Positions 1-12,800 of a stretch of DNA of 64,000 nucleotides are shown here, one piece after another (the stretch's first letter is position 1; each line of letters begins with the position of its first letter). The notes under the pieces are model-generated. The model ran no database searches and was not told where the DNA came from. It was given only the letters and a program-made list of their open reading frames with translations. The stretch comes from Paragordius varius (taxonomy: Eukaryota; Animalia; Nematomorpha), in the NCBI GenBank assembly GCA_964247055.1, contig OZ176052.1, positions 9,672,001 to 9,736,000 of the forward strand, given 5' to 3'. The position numbers were made by a program, and so were the translations under genes.

Positions 1-773
1 TATAGGGATCCATCTTGGCCGGCCAAGAAAAATCTGTCATAAATGACTGAGTGATATGCATGAGTAAAGATGACACCATCACTGGATATTGTGACAAATG
101 GTTCAGGTTCAATACAAAACGAATTATTGGGAGCTAAATTTGAATTTGTTTCGTCTTGAGCGTTCGAAAGTTTTAGGAGAACAATATTTTTGTGGGATAT
201 AAGACAAAGCAGATAATCAAAAGTGATTTCGGTTGTATTAGCTTTAAAATTTAAAATCAATAAAAATTATGTCAGAAATTGTTTAAATAATTAACCATCA
301 CAAATAATTTTATACTTTTCGGTTCTATAAGAGCAGCAAATGTTATAGATTCGGTAAATCCATCATAACAAAGAATCTCAGACGAAACATAATTCCAAAG
401 ATAAAAGGAGCTTCTAGCAATAAAATACGCAGATTTAATTTGTTTGAATAATCCGATTTTTTGCTCTCCTTCATCCACTAATATAGAATTAAAATCTTAT
501 ACCATTTATCAAATCAATGAGTTCCAAAGGAATGATAGAAGTTTGATAATCTTCGACAAATGAAAATTTAGAAAAAAGATATTTATCCGATAAATCAAGC
601 ACATAATCATTCTCTACTAAACCACTTATTGAAGGATATGCTAAAATATATTTAAACTTACAAATATTTTTAATTTTTAATAGCCGTGTTAGCTGTTTTT
701 CATTATCTTCTAAATTTAATCCAACATCTAACAAGAGTTTATTAAAATTTGAAATATTTGGCGAAATAGGCAT
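1..773 (-). CDS. NUP155: Nucleoporin Nup155/Nup170, N-terminal beta-propeller part (continues off the left edge)
   Basis: Exons 773-662, 640-503, 477-316, 241-<1, with GT-AG introns of 21, 25 and 74 nt and consistent phases. The spliced protein YPSISGLVENDY...KIGLFKQIKSAYFIARSSFYLWNY...CYDGFTESITFAALIEPK...YLLCLISHKNIVLL...EPFVTISSDGV...DRFFLAGQDGSL follows the Nup155 motifs ([63 protein letters not shown]; recalled, not searched). Confidence 0.85.
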
Positions 774-1255
774 GGAATTTCACAAATTTGAAAATGGAAA
801 AAGTAAACGGCTGTAAAATATATAAAAATAATAGTTTTTTTGTAAATTGTAACCTTATATAGAAATTTGTCATCATCATGAATATATTAATATTAACGTG
901 CGTAGTTAATATTTTTTTCGAAAAGGTATAATTTTTTTGCGGAATAATTGTTATTTTTTAATCTTATTGAAATACATGGCAGTTTAACCAAATATCTTTT
1001 GGGGCTAAGCAAAAGATGAATTTAAGATTTCGATAACCAAAGGTGTGGTTTTTCTAAGGCGCATGTTTTAAAAATATTTGCTATAAAATATGTAAAAAAA
1101 TTCTCATCTCTTTTGGTTTTGGCCCTTACAGAGCCATATAAGAACGTATTATACCCTTTAGTCGTGGCTCTATATTAGACTATACAAAATTTGAGATAAT
1201 TTTTTGTATAATTGGGCGAAACCTAAAAGCTTCATTCCGGAAAATATCCCTAAAA

Positions 1256-1515
1256 TATACCACTTACAATTGAAATTCACATTTAAACAATTTTAACTCA
1301 CCCTCGAACAATTAAAACACCAGAAATATATTCTTATAACAAAGTTTATTATTTTTCAGTAATATTTTAATTTTAAGCGTAATTTGAAATATAGGTAATT
1401 TTGTATCTTAAAAAACACATAATTTATTTTGGTTTGAATTGTTCGAGGGTAAATTTAATTTGTTCAAGAGTGAATATGAATTGTTTAAGGGTGAATTTGA
1501 ACTTTAAATGGTATA
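1256..1515. mobile_element. MITE, TATACCA-ended family 1 (21-bp subterminal repeats)
   Basis: Left end tataccacttac, right end aaatggtata. Subterminal repeats of the type aattcaccctcgaacaatt and their inverse. Homologous copies at 55086-55419 and 60673-61002. Confidence 0.75.
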
Positions 1516-1679
1516 TATCACAAACTACAAAAAAACCAAACAATATTTTAAAATATTTAAATTTTTGAATGTGATCTTCAAAAGTCGATTTTTTTATTTT
1601 TCTAAAATGGCTAGATCTTTCAAAATAAACGCAAAAATGCTAAAGTGTTTAAAAATGTTTTAACATATAATAAGAACAC

Positions 1680-1745
1680 TATTTTTAATTTCGATGATGA
1701 AGCAGGTCTCCCCAACACACCGCGGGCTGCATGCGGCCCTTCTAA
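1680..1745. repeat. hAT-like element end with an inverted partner near 6725-6785
   Basis: actattttt-aatttcgatgatgaagcag here; its reverse complement ctgcttcatcatcgaatt...aaatagt is near 6750-6780. Followed by a CAG...CCAAC...GCGGGCTGCATGCGGCCC stretch resembling hAT/Charlie-type MITE ends. Confidence 0.4.
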
Positions 1746-2387
1746 TACTACAGCCCGCGATTTGAATGCAATTTAATTTAGGTAAAAATAAAATTATCAG
1801 ACAAATTTTTGTTTTGGCACAGAACCAGCAAAATTGTTAAAATATTGATTAGCTTAGCCCTTGTATAAGATCTATAAATTATTTGTTAAACATAGATTTT
1901 CAAATGCCGCTAAGTCTGTTGCGTTGAGGCATCTGATTTAAAAATTCCTTTCAAATTTTCGTGAATTTGTAAAAAAAAAATAATTTATATTTAACTAAAA
2001 TAAAGAAAAACAAATATTTTTAACTAAATTCTGTGGTGATAGAAAAATTCGGAATCAGGGATTTGAAAGTGTTTTTATAATATACTGCGTTCGAAATCGT
2101 GGGGTATAAAAAATTACCTGATAAAATATATATATATTCTTATTTAATTATCAGGACTATTATGGTGATTTTGTATCAAGGTAAGTGCTCCTTATGAGAT
2201 AATGGCAAAATTTGAGTATATTTTTTAATAAAATTTTTTGGCAAAGATAAATGCTGGTTTCCAAAAAATATCAGTAAATTATATCTAAACTAACTATAAA
2301 AGGCAAATATATTCTTAAATATTTTTATTTTCAGATGTGAGCTCCGAAACCCTCATTTCTCTCCTATAAAATGAGTCAGCACCTTTG

Positions 2388-5300
2388 ACACTTCAATTCG
2401 AATTGGGGTATCTATCCAGACTCAATTTAAATCAATATTTATAAAAAACTATTGAAGAAAACGGTCTTAATTTAAATTTAAGGTTCTATCGTAATTAAAA
2501 TTATATTAATTAGCCAAATCTAAATAAAATTTCGTTTTGAAAAAAAGCTCCATATCAAACTGCTTGGACACCAATTTTATTTTATAAATTTTTCCAAAAT
2601 ATCATGTTCATTTAATTTTAAAGGTAAAATTAAAGTTACTAACATTCATGGAAATAGAAAAAGTGCTTTATTTGAATTATTTTTTAATTTAGTCATTGTT
2701 AACTAAATTTTTGCCTTTGGATTTTATATTTAAATAAGTATATCAAATATTTTTGAATATAATTTTTATTTTATTTTGGTAATCTATCTATTTATAAAAA
2801 AACGCTGGCTTTGTGATCTTGTACCGGAAAACTGGTAGACCCATTCAAATCCAAACTTCGAAAAAATATAATCATTAATGAATGCCCCGACAATAGCTTC
2901 GCCTGTTTTTTGAAATAGGCCCCCAGTTCGGGCCCACCCCGTGTGAAAAACGGTTTTTTTGAAAACAGAAGCCCACAAAAATCGTGTCTTTTGACAATTT
3001 TCTGGATAACGTGTTGGTCCATTCAATTTCAAATATGATGTTTGTTTACTTATTTTCGATTGTGCCGAACATAGTCGTCGCGCTTTTTAAATTTAGTATC
3101 TCTTTTTACCCGCTCCCCCCGTAAAATGCCATTTTTTTCAAAAAACAAAGTCCACAAAAATAGTTTTTTAAATCTATTTTTCGCCCTAGGTATGTGACCG
3201 TAAAAATTCTATATGGATTCCACGTATTCCCTGTTAAAAGGCAAAAATTTTAAAGCGTTTTTTTGATGATAGCTGCTGGGTAGGGAGCTACCCGCTAAAA
3301 ACTGATTTGTCATGTAACTTTGTGATCTGTTTCCGGAAAACCGGTGGACCCAATCAAATCCAAATATCGAAAAATTATAATCATTAAAAAATGTCCCGAA
3401 AATAGCTTCGCCCTTTTTTGGAATTAGGTCCCCAGTTCGGGCCTACCCCGTATGAAAAATGGGTTAAGTGTATTTTCCGGAGAACGTGTTGAACCATTCA
3501 ATTTAATATATGATTTTTGTTTACTTATTTTCGATTGCGCCGAACATAATCTTCTCGCTTTTTTAATTTAGGCCTCTTTTTACCCGCTCGTAAAATGCCA
3601 TTTTTTTCAAAAAACAAAGTCCACAAAAATAGTTTTTTAAATCTATTTTTCGCCCTAGGTATGAGACCGTGAAAATTTATGGATTCCGCGTATTCCCTGT
3701 TAAAAGGAAAAAATGTTAGTCAAGCGTTTCTTTGATGATAGCTGCTGGGTAGGGAGCTACCCGCTAAAAACTGATTTGTCATGTAACTTTGTGATCTGTT
3801 TCCGGAAAACCGGTGGACCCAATAAAATCCAAATCTCGAAAAATTATAATCATTAATAAATGTCCCGACAATAGCTTCGTCCTTTTTTGGAATTAGGTCC
3901 CCAGTTTGGGCCCACCCCGTGTGAAAAACGGTTTTTTTGAAAACAGAAGCCCACAAAAATCGTGTCTTTAGACAATTTTCTGGAGAACGTGTTGGTCCAT
4001 TCAATTTCAAATATGATTTTTGACTTATTTTCGATGGCGCCGAACATAATCGTCTCGCTTTTTAAATTTAGGCCTCTTTTTATCCGCTCCCCCCGTAAAA
4101 TGCCATTTTTTTCAAAAAACAAAGTCCGCAAAAATATTTTTTTAAATCTATTTTTCGCCCTAGGCATGAGACTGTAAAAATTCAATAAAGATTTTTCGTT
4201 TTCCCTGTTAAAAGGCAAAAATTTTAGTCAAGCGTTTCTTTGAAAGCTGCTGAGTAAAAAGTATTTATCATATGTATAGGATGTTAAAAAATATATGGAT
4301 AATAAAACATTATTTATGGTAATCTATATATTTATAAAAATGGAAAATGCTGGCTTTGTGATCTGGTACCGGAAAACCGGTAGACCCCCATTCAAATCCA
4401 AACATAGAAAAAATATAATCATTAATGAATGCCCCGATAATAGCTTCGCCCGTTTTTTGAAATAGGCCCCCAGTTCGGGCCTACCCCGTGTGAAAAATGG
4501 GTTAAGTCAATTTTCCGGAGAACGTGTTGGACCATTCAATTTCAAATATGATTTTTGTTTACTTATTTTCGATTGCGCCGAACATAATCGTTTCGCTTTT
4601 TTAATTTAGGCCTCTTTTTACCCGCTCCCCCCGTAAAATGCCATTTTTTTCAAAAAACAAAGTCCACAAAAATATTTTTTTAATCTATTTTTCGCCCTAG
4701 GTATGAGACTGTAAAAATTCAATAAAGATTTTTCGTTTTCCCTGTTAAAAGGCAAAAATTTTAGTCAAGCGTTTCTTTGAAAGCTGCTGAGTAAAAAGTA
4801 TTTATCATATGTATAGGATGTTAAAAAATATATGGATAATAAAACATTATTTATGGTAATCTATATATTTATAAAAATGGAAAATGCTGGCTTTGTGATC
4901 TGGTACCGGAAAACCGGTAGACCCCCCATTCAAATTCAAACATAGAAAAAATATAATCATTAATGAATGCCCCGACAATAGCTTCGCCCGTTTTTTTGAA
5001 ATAGGCCCCCAGTTCGGGCCCACACCGTGTGAAAAACGGGTTTTTTGAAAACAGAAGTCCACAAAAATCGTGTCTTTGAGACAATTTTCTGGAGAACGTG
5101 TTGGATCATTCAATTTCAAATATGATTTTTTTGTTATTTTCGATTGCGCCGAACATAGTCGACTCACTTTTTTGATTTAGGCCCTCTTTTTACTCGCTAC
5201 CCCGTAAAATGCCATTTTTTTCAACAAAAACAAAATCCACAAAAATAATTTTTTGATTGAAACTTTTTTGGTCAAGGTATGAGACTGCCACAAAAATAAT

Positions 5301-5610
5301 TTTTTAAATCTGTTTTTCCCCAATTAAACAATATATTAGTATGAATGCTCCGTTTAAAAATTCCTATAAATTCATATCTATTCAATAATGTTTCGAAATA
5401 ATCCACATATGTGAATCATTTTATTGTCCCGTTTTTCCAATAGCCCTCCCCCCCCAGAAGTCCGAAGGACTTCCTTGGGCTGCGTAGCAGCACGAGATTA
5501 TCGCTAGTGTTATATAAATGCAAAATTGTGCCATGGTTTTTCCATATTTTCAATTAGTTATTTTTAACAGGCCTAGGGTATCCAACTACCCCAATTTTAA
5601 CCGAAGGACT
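2388..5610. mobile_element. MITE family 2, copy 1 (about 500 bp, interrupted by a Helitron)
   Basis: Imperfect TIRs of about 40 bp (cacttcaattcgaattggggtatct / gggtatccaactaccccaattttaaccgaaggact). 2388-2782 plus 5508-5610 align end to end with the intact copy at 42721-43254. Confidence 0.8.
2783..5507 (+). mobile_element. Non-autonomous Helitron with five tandem internal units of about 500 bp
   Basis: 5' A|TCTATCTATTTATAAAA at 2783 and 3' CTAG|T at 5504-5508. Hairpin GCTGC-gta-GCAGC (5479-5491) lies 12 nt before the CTAG, with a second hairpin GAAGTCC-gaa-GGACTTC upstream. No target-site duplication. Unit marker ctttgtgatct recurs near 2809, 3318, 3788, 4353 and 4890. Confidence 0.85.
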
Positions 5611-7336
5611 AAAATTGTGTCCAAGTGTAAAAATAAACGAAAAAATGCCGGAGTGTCGCGATTAAATATTTTAATATATGCTAAATATTAACATAACAAA
5701 AATATTTTTAAAAAATTTGCATACTTTTTACAAAAATTTAATTTCGCAAAATTTCGTTGGAGTAAAAACAATATAAAATTGGTATTATAAAAAGACTTTA
5801 TCTATATAATTCGGTAATCTTAACATTAGTATAGGTTCAAAATTTTATTTTGAAGGTTCGTTTACCTTGAAATTTTGATGAACTTTTTTAAACCATTATT
5901 TATATCTTAAAAATTGAAGACGAACAAATATATTAATCAAACAGAGGGGGTAGAAATGTTCAGCCTCAAATATAACGTTTGTGCCTAAAAATAGGATGAT
6001 GTACGCTTCGATTTTAAAAATTCAATTAAAAATATTTTTTGATGTCAAAATATATTTAATTTTTTTCGCGTAATCCTGGAAATTTGTGCCTTTTTTAAGG
6101 GAACAAGCGCATTGAGAGAGAAAATTGATACTTTCTGAGCCCACATCTAAAAATATTTAAAAATAATGTTGTTTATAGGTATGATAAAATTTAGTGATTT
6201 TTTGGAATGAAGCATTTATCTTTCACCAAAAAAATTTATTACAAAAAAATTCTAGATTGCCATTTTCTGATACCATAAAAGTGTAAATAACTTTCTTAAA
6301 TCATTTTTAAGAGTTAAAACCAAAAGCACCTATATTATCAGATTATATTTTATAACGCTCGATTTTAAACGCAGTGATATAAAAAACTTCCTTATAATTC
6401 ACTGATGCTGAACATTTCTATTATCACAGAATCTCGATAAAAAAACTCGTTCGTCCTCAATTTAACTATAATTTTTTTTTACGAAAAACGAATCTTAAAT
6501 CAGGTTAACATAAATACTTAGCGGGCCGCATTTTAAGATCAAAAAATCCTACGCCTTTAAAAAATATATGGACATTAACAAATATTTTATTGGATTTTAA
6601 ACATGATAAAAACTAATCATTATATTAACGATTTTTGTTAGTTCGTTGCCAAAATAGGGAGAGCAAAAAATTTGTTTGAGAAATTTTTTTTACTTAAATT
6701 AAAGCATTTAAAATTTCTCACGGCAGACGAGTCGCGTGCTGGCCATCTCTGCTTCATCATCGAATTATAAAGAAATAGTTTCTTAAATCTTAAAAAAACC
6801 GTTCTCATCCACCCTCAAAATTGTAAGGTACTTCAACAAAGATTTGTTTATTTTTCAAAAAGGTTATTTAAAAAAATTTGCTAAAAAAATTCAACATATA
6901 TTTATTTTTTGTGCGATTTCGATTTTTACGTTTACTTTATGAAAACATTTTGGAATCGAAAAATTTGGGACTTTAGGACACATCCAAAATTTATTTTTTA
7001 ATATGCTCAATTACCATTATCATCTATAAAGCACATACACAAAAAATAACTTACTTAAATCACTTATAAGGGTTCAAACAAAAAGCTCAATGATAGTTCT
7101 GATGCACTTTCAAATCAGATTATATATTTTTCAATAAGTTATTTTTTATATCCCTGACTTTAATACCGTATATATAGTTCCTGTATCATCTGACGATAAC
7201 AAAAATTTGAGAACAAAAAAAACATTTTATTTTTACGTTATACTAGACGAGATCCACATCGTTTATTAAATAAAACCAAACAATATGGTAATAATTGATT
7301 CATTTTTATCAATGTTTTTCAGCTGAAGATTTTTAG

Positions 7337-9780
7337 ATGGTTATATATCATTCAGAAATATTTTGCAGTAGGTGCAATATAAAGGTTTATCCAGTTGACA
7401 AAATAGGCCCTTTAAAAGGAGCCTATTTTCATCATCAGTGTTTTAAATGTCGCGTTTGCGGATTATCCCTTAATATGAAAAATTTTATACAAAATCAATT
7501 AGACCCAGACGATAAAGAAGTATATAAATTGTAAAATTTAGGTATATTGCAATAATCATGTGCCTAAATCATTGGCTGGTCATGTTGGTGGAGATGCTTT
7601 AGGCATAAGAAGTGCCTTACAGGCACCTAAGAAAGCGACTTCATATAACGAACAAATTAGAGGATGCGATAAATATAATCCCGACACCCAGGCTGTTGAA
7701 ATCCAAAACGCCCTTATAAATTTACGCCTTCAAAAAAATAATGAACGATTGAATTGTGCCCATAGACCTGATATTGATGAAAAATCTTCAGACAATGTTT
7801 TCCAAGTTGATTCCCATAATATTATCAAATTACACCCTGAACGCAATAATAATATTCATAATAGCAACAATTATAACCCGCATGGTAAAAATAACATTCA
7901 GCCAACAAAATTAGATTTTCGTAACCAAACAACTGAATTTTCAAATAACAATCATAATTTTAATCATAATTCCAATTTCCCCGTACAGTATAATCCGAAT
8001 TCCAATTCTCCTACTAAGGAGTCTAAGACATCCTCTACCTTCATTAACAATAATAAAAATGGCCCAATTTTAACAAATAATACCCATCACAATAATAAGC
8101 AGCGAAATATTCCAAACGGGGATCATTCCACTTCACGGTATAATATTAAAACAGCGGATAGTCCAAGCCCTTCAGATGATACCACGGTAATTTTAAGTTA
8201 AATAATGATTAAAAAGTTCTAGTTTTTAATAAATACCATTTCTATGGATATTTTTACACCTGTTATCTTTCTTCGCTACATATAAGTATGACACACAAAT
8301 ATAACAATAAAATTTGTTTTTTTTTTAATTTTCATTTTTTTAAAAAATAAAAACTTATGTTTGTAATGGTCAAGTTTTATCACTTTTTCATTTTTTGCAA
8401 AATAAATTAAATAATGTTTTTCAAGCAAAATAAACTTAAATAATATTTTACTTGAGCTGAAGTCAATTGCTTTAATCATTAAACTTTACTCCTAAAGTTA
8501 AATATGGTGTTTAAAAATACCCTTTTTAGACCATAATTTATTTATTAATAATTTTAATCATAGCCGGATATTATTAAAAAATTTCGTTTATATACTCGTA
8601 AAAATGAAATCTAATTTAATGTTTGTTGGAAATCATGCTTAATGATAAAGTTTTAATACTATAACGGATTTTTAATAATGATAATAAATATATATTAAAA
8701 TACTTAAGTAAATTTTGTTTTACAGAAAAAACTTTCTTTTATAATTAAATTTTTGTGATTTACTTTTAATTATTTCATTATGAGAAATATGTATCCATAC
8801 TATACTTTGTTGGTATGTATTGTTGTCATGTAAATAGGTCAACTTTCGTAAATTTTTCGTATTATAAAATATTTTTATTATTTCGTTTGCTTTATATTTA
8901 TATAAAAAAACAATATTTTGAATATCAAAAAAAAAATATTTTTCAAGATTCAGTGCAAGTTACCTGAATACGTACAACTTAATAATAATTATATTTGATT
9001 TTTAGATCTTAGGAGGAACTTTTATATATACATATACCTGTCGAAAAAGATATAGGGATTCTTTTATGTTACATAAAGAACAATTGTATATTTCCACCTG
9101 TCATGCACAAAATTATTTTATACAATATCTTGGAAAAATGATAAAATCAAATATATATATATAGTATATATTTTCTTATAATTTTATTATATTGTTGCGT
9201 CAAATTACCGATTTTCATATATTTTATACTCTGAATATTTTGAAAATTTTGCCCTATATATGTATAAAACGCGAAAAAAAACTATAACTTATAAAAGAAA
9301 TTATTTATTCACTAAAAAATTATTAATGTTAAATAAAAAACAAAAATATTTATACCGCTCCTTTTATTTTTACCTGTACTAGTTAACTATCATATAATTA
9401 TTTTTTATGGGAGATTTAAACTTGATTATGGGTTAATTTGCTTATACAAAAAAATTCTTGCAAGCAAAATTTTTTGTTTAAAAAATGAGATGAAATATTT
9501 TAAATATAAATTAAATTATCACTCTACCACATTCCATTTGAAAATATAATAAAAATTTAGATATTTTTCCATCTAACAATACAATTCGATTATTTGTATT
9601 ATTGTCGATTTTTCTCTATTTTATTATATGAAAGTTGAATATGCATGTGATATTAACTTTTTTGACTACTATTTATACCTAGGTGTGAATTTTTTTTTCA
9701 TTTGAAATACCTGTGAAAAATTCACATTCAAAACTTTTTGAATGACTCAACGTATTTGTTGTTGATATCATTTTATTCAC

Positions 9781-9813
<33 letters not shown>

Positions 9814-12800
9814 TATATTATACCTGTTTCATTTATTTTGATTAAATTTAATTTTAAACCAACTGTATTTTCCAAAAGATATTGTGAATTTTAAAATTTC
9901 GATAAAAATGTATTCTTTAAATTGTAATTATTGATTGTAATTTCTGAGTATACGTAATATATATTTATCGTAAAAAACATAAGCTTTGACACCTGTGTAT
10001 CTACCTTTTTCGTTATATTACATAAGTGTGTCTGATATTTTTTAGGATAATAACAGTATTAAAATATAATAAAAATTTATAATAATCTTTAGGATAATTA
10101 ACCGTATCGTAGTCATAAAATAATTATTAAAATTTTATGGCATACATTTTTTCGGTTGGTTAATTACCTATTTTTTAAAATATAATGATTTTTATTAATT
10201 GATTTAAGGCTTAAATTTGTTAAAACTTATATGAAGGTATATTAAAATTGATTTTTTATGCAGTTAGCCTCATAATATCACCCTTTATTCAGGGAAATTC
10301 ACTAAATTATTAACGATTTTAGACTTAGTGTAGAAATCTGAAAATCCCATGATAAGTGCCAGCTAATTAGGCGCTATTTATCAAAAAATATTAAAAGAGG
10401 AAGCGTTACTGATATTTACTTTTAAGTTACTGCTATATACTCTTTACATTCTTTTCATTTTTTAAATGCAAAGGACCAAATAAGTCAATTGTTGCAGTAT
10501 GCTCTTTATGCACGAATTAGATTATTCAGATATCATCATGCACTTTTCCGTTTTTAAATAAGGTCCTAGTTTTTAAGTCACAATTATGTTCATTGTTGAG
10601 AACACTTTCGAGTTTTTGGGTATGGAATTCTAATGAATTGAAAATGATAAAAAAATATTTCTGATCATTTTTTATGGAGTCCTTGAATATTAATAATTTT
10701 ATAAAATTAAATATTAATAAAATTTTATTTTTAAAAAGGATCTTGGGTTCGGATAATGACCCATTTTCTCACAATCGGGGTTAATACCAGGGGTCCACTC
10801 TTTATTAGTTTCAAAATCTGTGTAATCAATATATAGGTTTACATGGGCAATTTATAATACATGATAATGACATATCATACAATATTGATAAGCAAAAATG
10901 TACTGCCATTATCTCATTATCAGATTAAAAAGTTTTATCGCGCATTCTTGAATCTATACTTTTGGTATTTAACTTAATGTCAATTTTGATAAAATCTATC
11001 TATCACCTACTTTTTATATAATCTCATAACATTTACCATTACCACACTATAAATTTTTAACATTAACAACACACTTTTTTTGGTTTATACAGATAACGGG
11101 AAAATAATTATTAGTTTTTTATTTCTCCTTTTGATATAACATTAAAATTAATGTAAGCAGAAAAACAAAACTCGTTATCATTAACAGGTAGATAGATACC
11201 TAGAAATTATTTTATAGCGTTTTTTTGCATTCTTATTACTAAATACATTAGCGTATAGTCAAATAGAACAAATGGTTGTAATTTAATAATTCTTTTCTAC
11301 ATTCAAACATTGATTTTGTGATTTTAAATTTGAACTAACTTCTTTTATATTAAACGCTATTGTATATTTTGCAATCAAAGTTTTTTTCAATTTGATTAAT
11401 TTTACCTCTTTAAAGTTGTTATTTTAGTATATTGTATAAAACAAACAGTAAGTACATTTTTAATTATTTTTATATTAATATAATATATAATAAAATAAAA
11501 AAACAGGTCAAAAGTTACATATTATTCATTGTATATATACTATATTTATTATACCAGGAATTCTTCCTCATACAGCAAACACATATAATAAGTTGCAATT
11601 AACAATACTCTGATACTTTTTTTTCATTAGGATTAATATTTATATAATATAATGATAATCTATGTGTTTAGATTTTTAGAAAAAGTCACTATTTGATTTG
11701 ATAAGGAAGGAAGGTTTAAATAGAAGGTGTTAAAAATTTTATTTACCTGTGCTTTTTATCGAATTATTGTTAAATTTTTGAAGAGGTACGTACTCTAATG
11801 AAAATTAATTTATTACAAAAATCTGGAAATAGACCCACCTAAATTATTAATATTTTTTTTGAAATTATTTTTTGGTCCGAAACGGTTAAAAAGTGATTTA
11901 TTTATTTCTTCAATGTTAAGATTTTTAAAAAAAATTCCGAACTTTATTAAGAGCATTTGTTGGTCGTTTAGGATTTTTAATAGATTAGTCTTTTAGCATG
12001 TATGATTATTTACTTTTCTTAGCTAGATATTTAATTGAAATTATGGAAAAAAAAGATTGACGCCTGTTCGCAATCAATGATATATCATGTTAACAATAAT
12101 TTGAATGTATAATTAATAAAATGAGATAATAATAGCTCTCGTTATTGTATTGAATTTTGGTGCTTGCTTTGTATTACAGTATCATCATAATAATTAGTTT
12201 GTCTTTGAATTTACTAAATCAAAATTAGATTACACCTAATAAGACTTGAACTCCAGAGACATCTAAAATGTTTTCAAAAAAAATGGAACTTGAACTAGAT
12301 AAAAGTCTTTTAACTAATTGAGGACCCATTTTTGTCGCGGGATTTGGGGCAATTTCCCCATACGTATTTGTAATAAAATAAAAAAATGGATATAAAAGTA
12401 GTTAAATATACTAAGGTAAATTTAATTGGTTTCTTAATCTCTGTTTTATCTACCGTGTTTCGATGAACGTGTATGGTTATCCATTCACGCATGAATGTGA
12501 GTATTTTTGAAACACCTGTCTTTACGTGTTAGCGTAATAAGAATTTGCATAAAATGAAAATCTATAGGTTCACCTATTAATATATTTAGTTACCGATTTA
12601 TTTTGTCGGAATTAATCAATAAAGTATTGGTAAGAAATTGACATTCTTGAAATTTTTTAATATTTTTTTTTATTATCATATATCTTAGTTAAAATAGATT
12701 AATTGTTACGTGTTAAAATAAATTCTAGGATTATGAACACCAAATTGATTTGGAGAAACGGTTGAGAGCCGAAGAGGATGAAATGTACGCCACTTTTGCT

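Noticed and set aside
2784-5167. Repeated ORFs MKLNGPTR..., MDQHVIQK... and related
   Set aside because: They lie within the tandem Helitron units, differ by frameshifts between copies and have no recognisable motif. They are not a RepHel protein.
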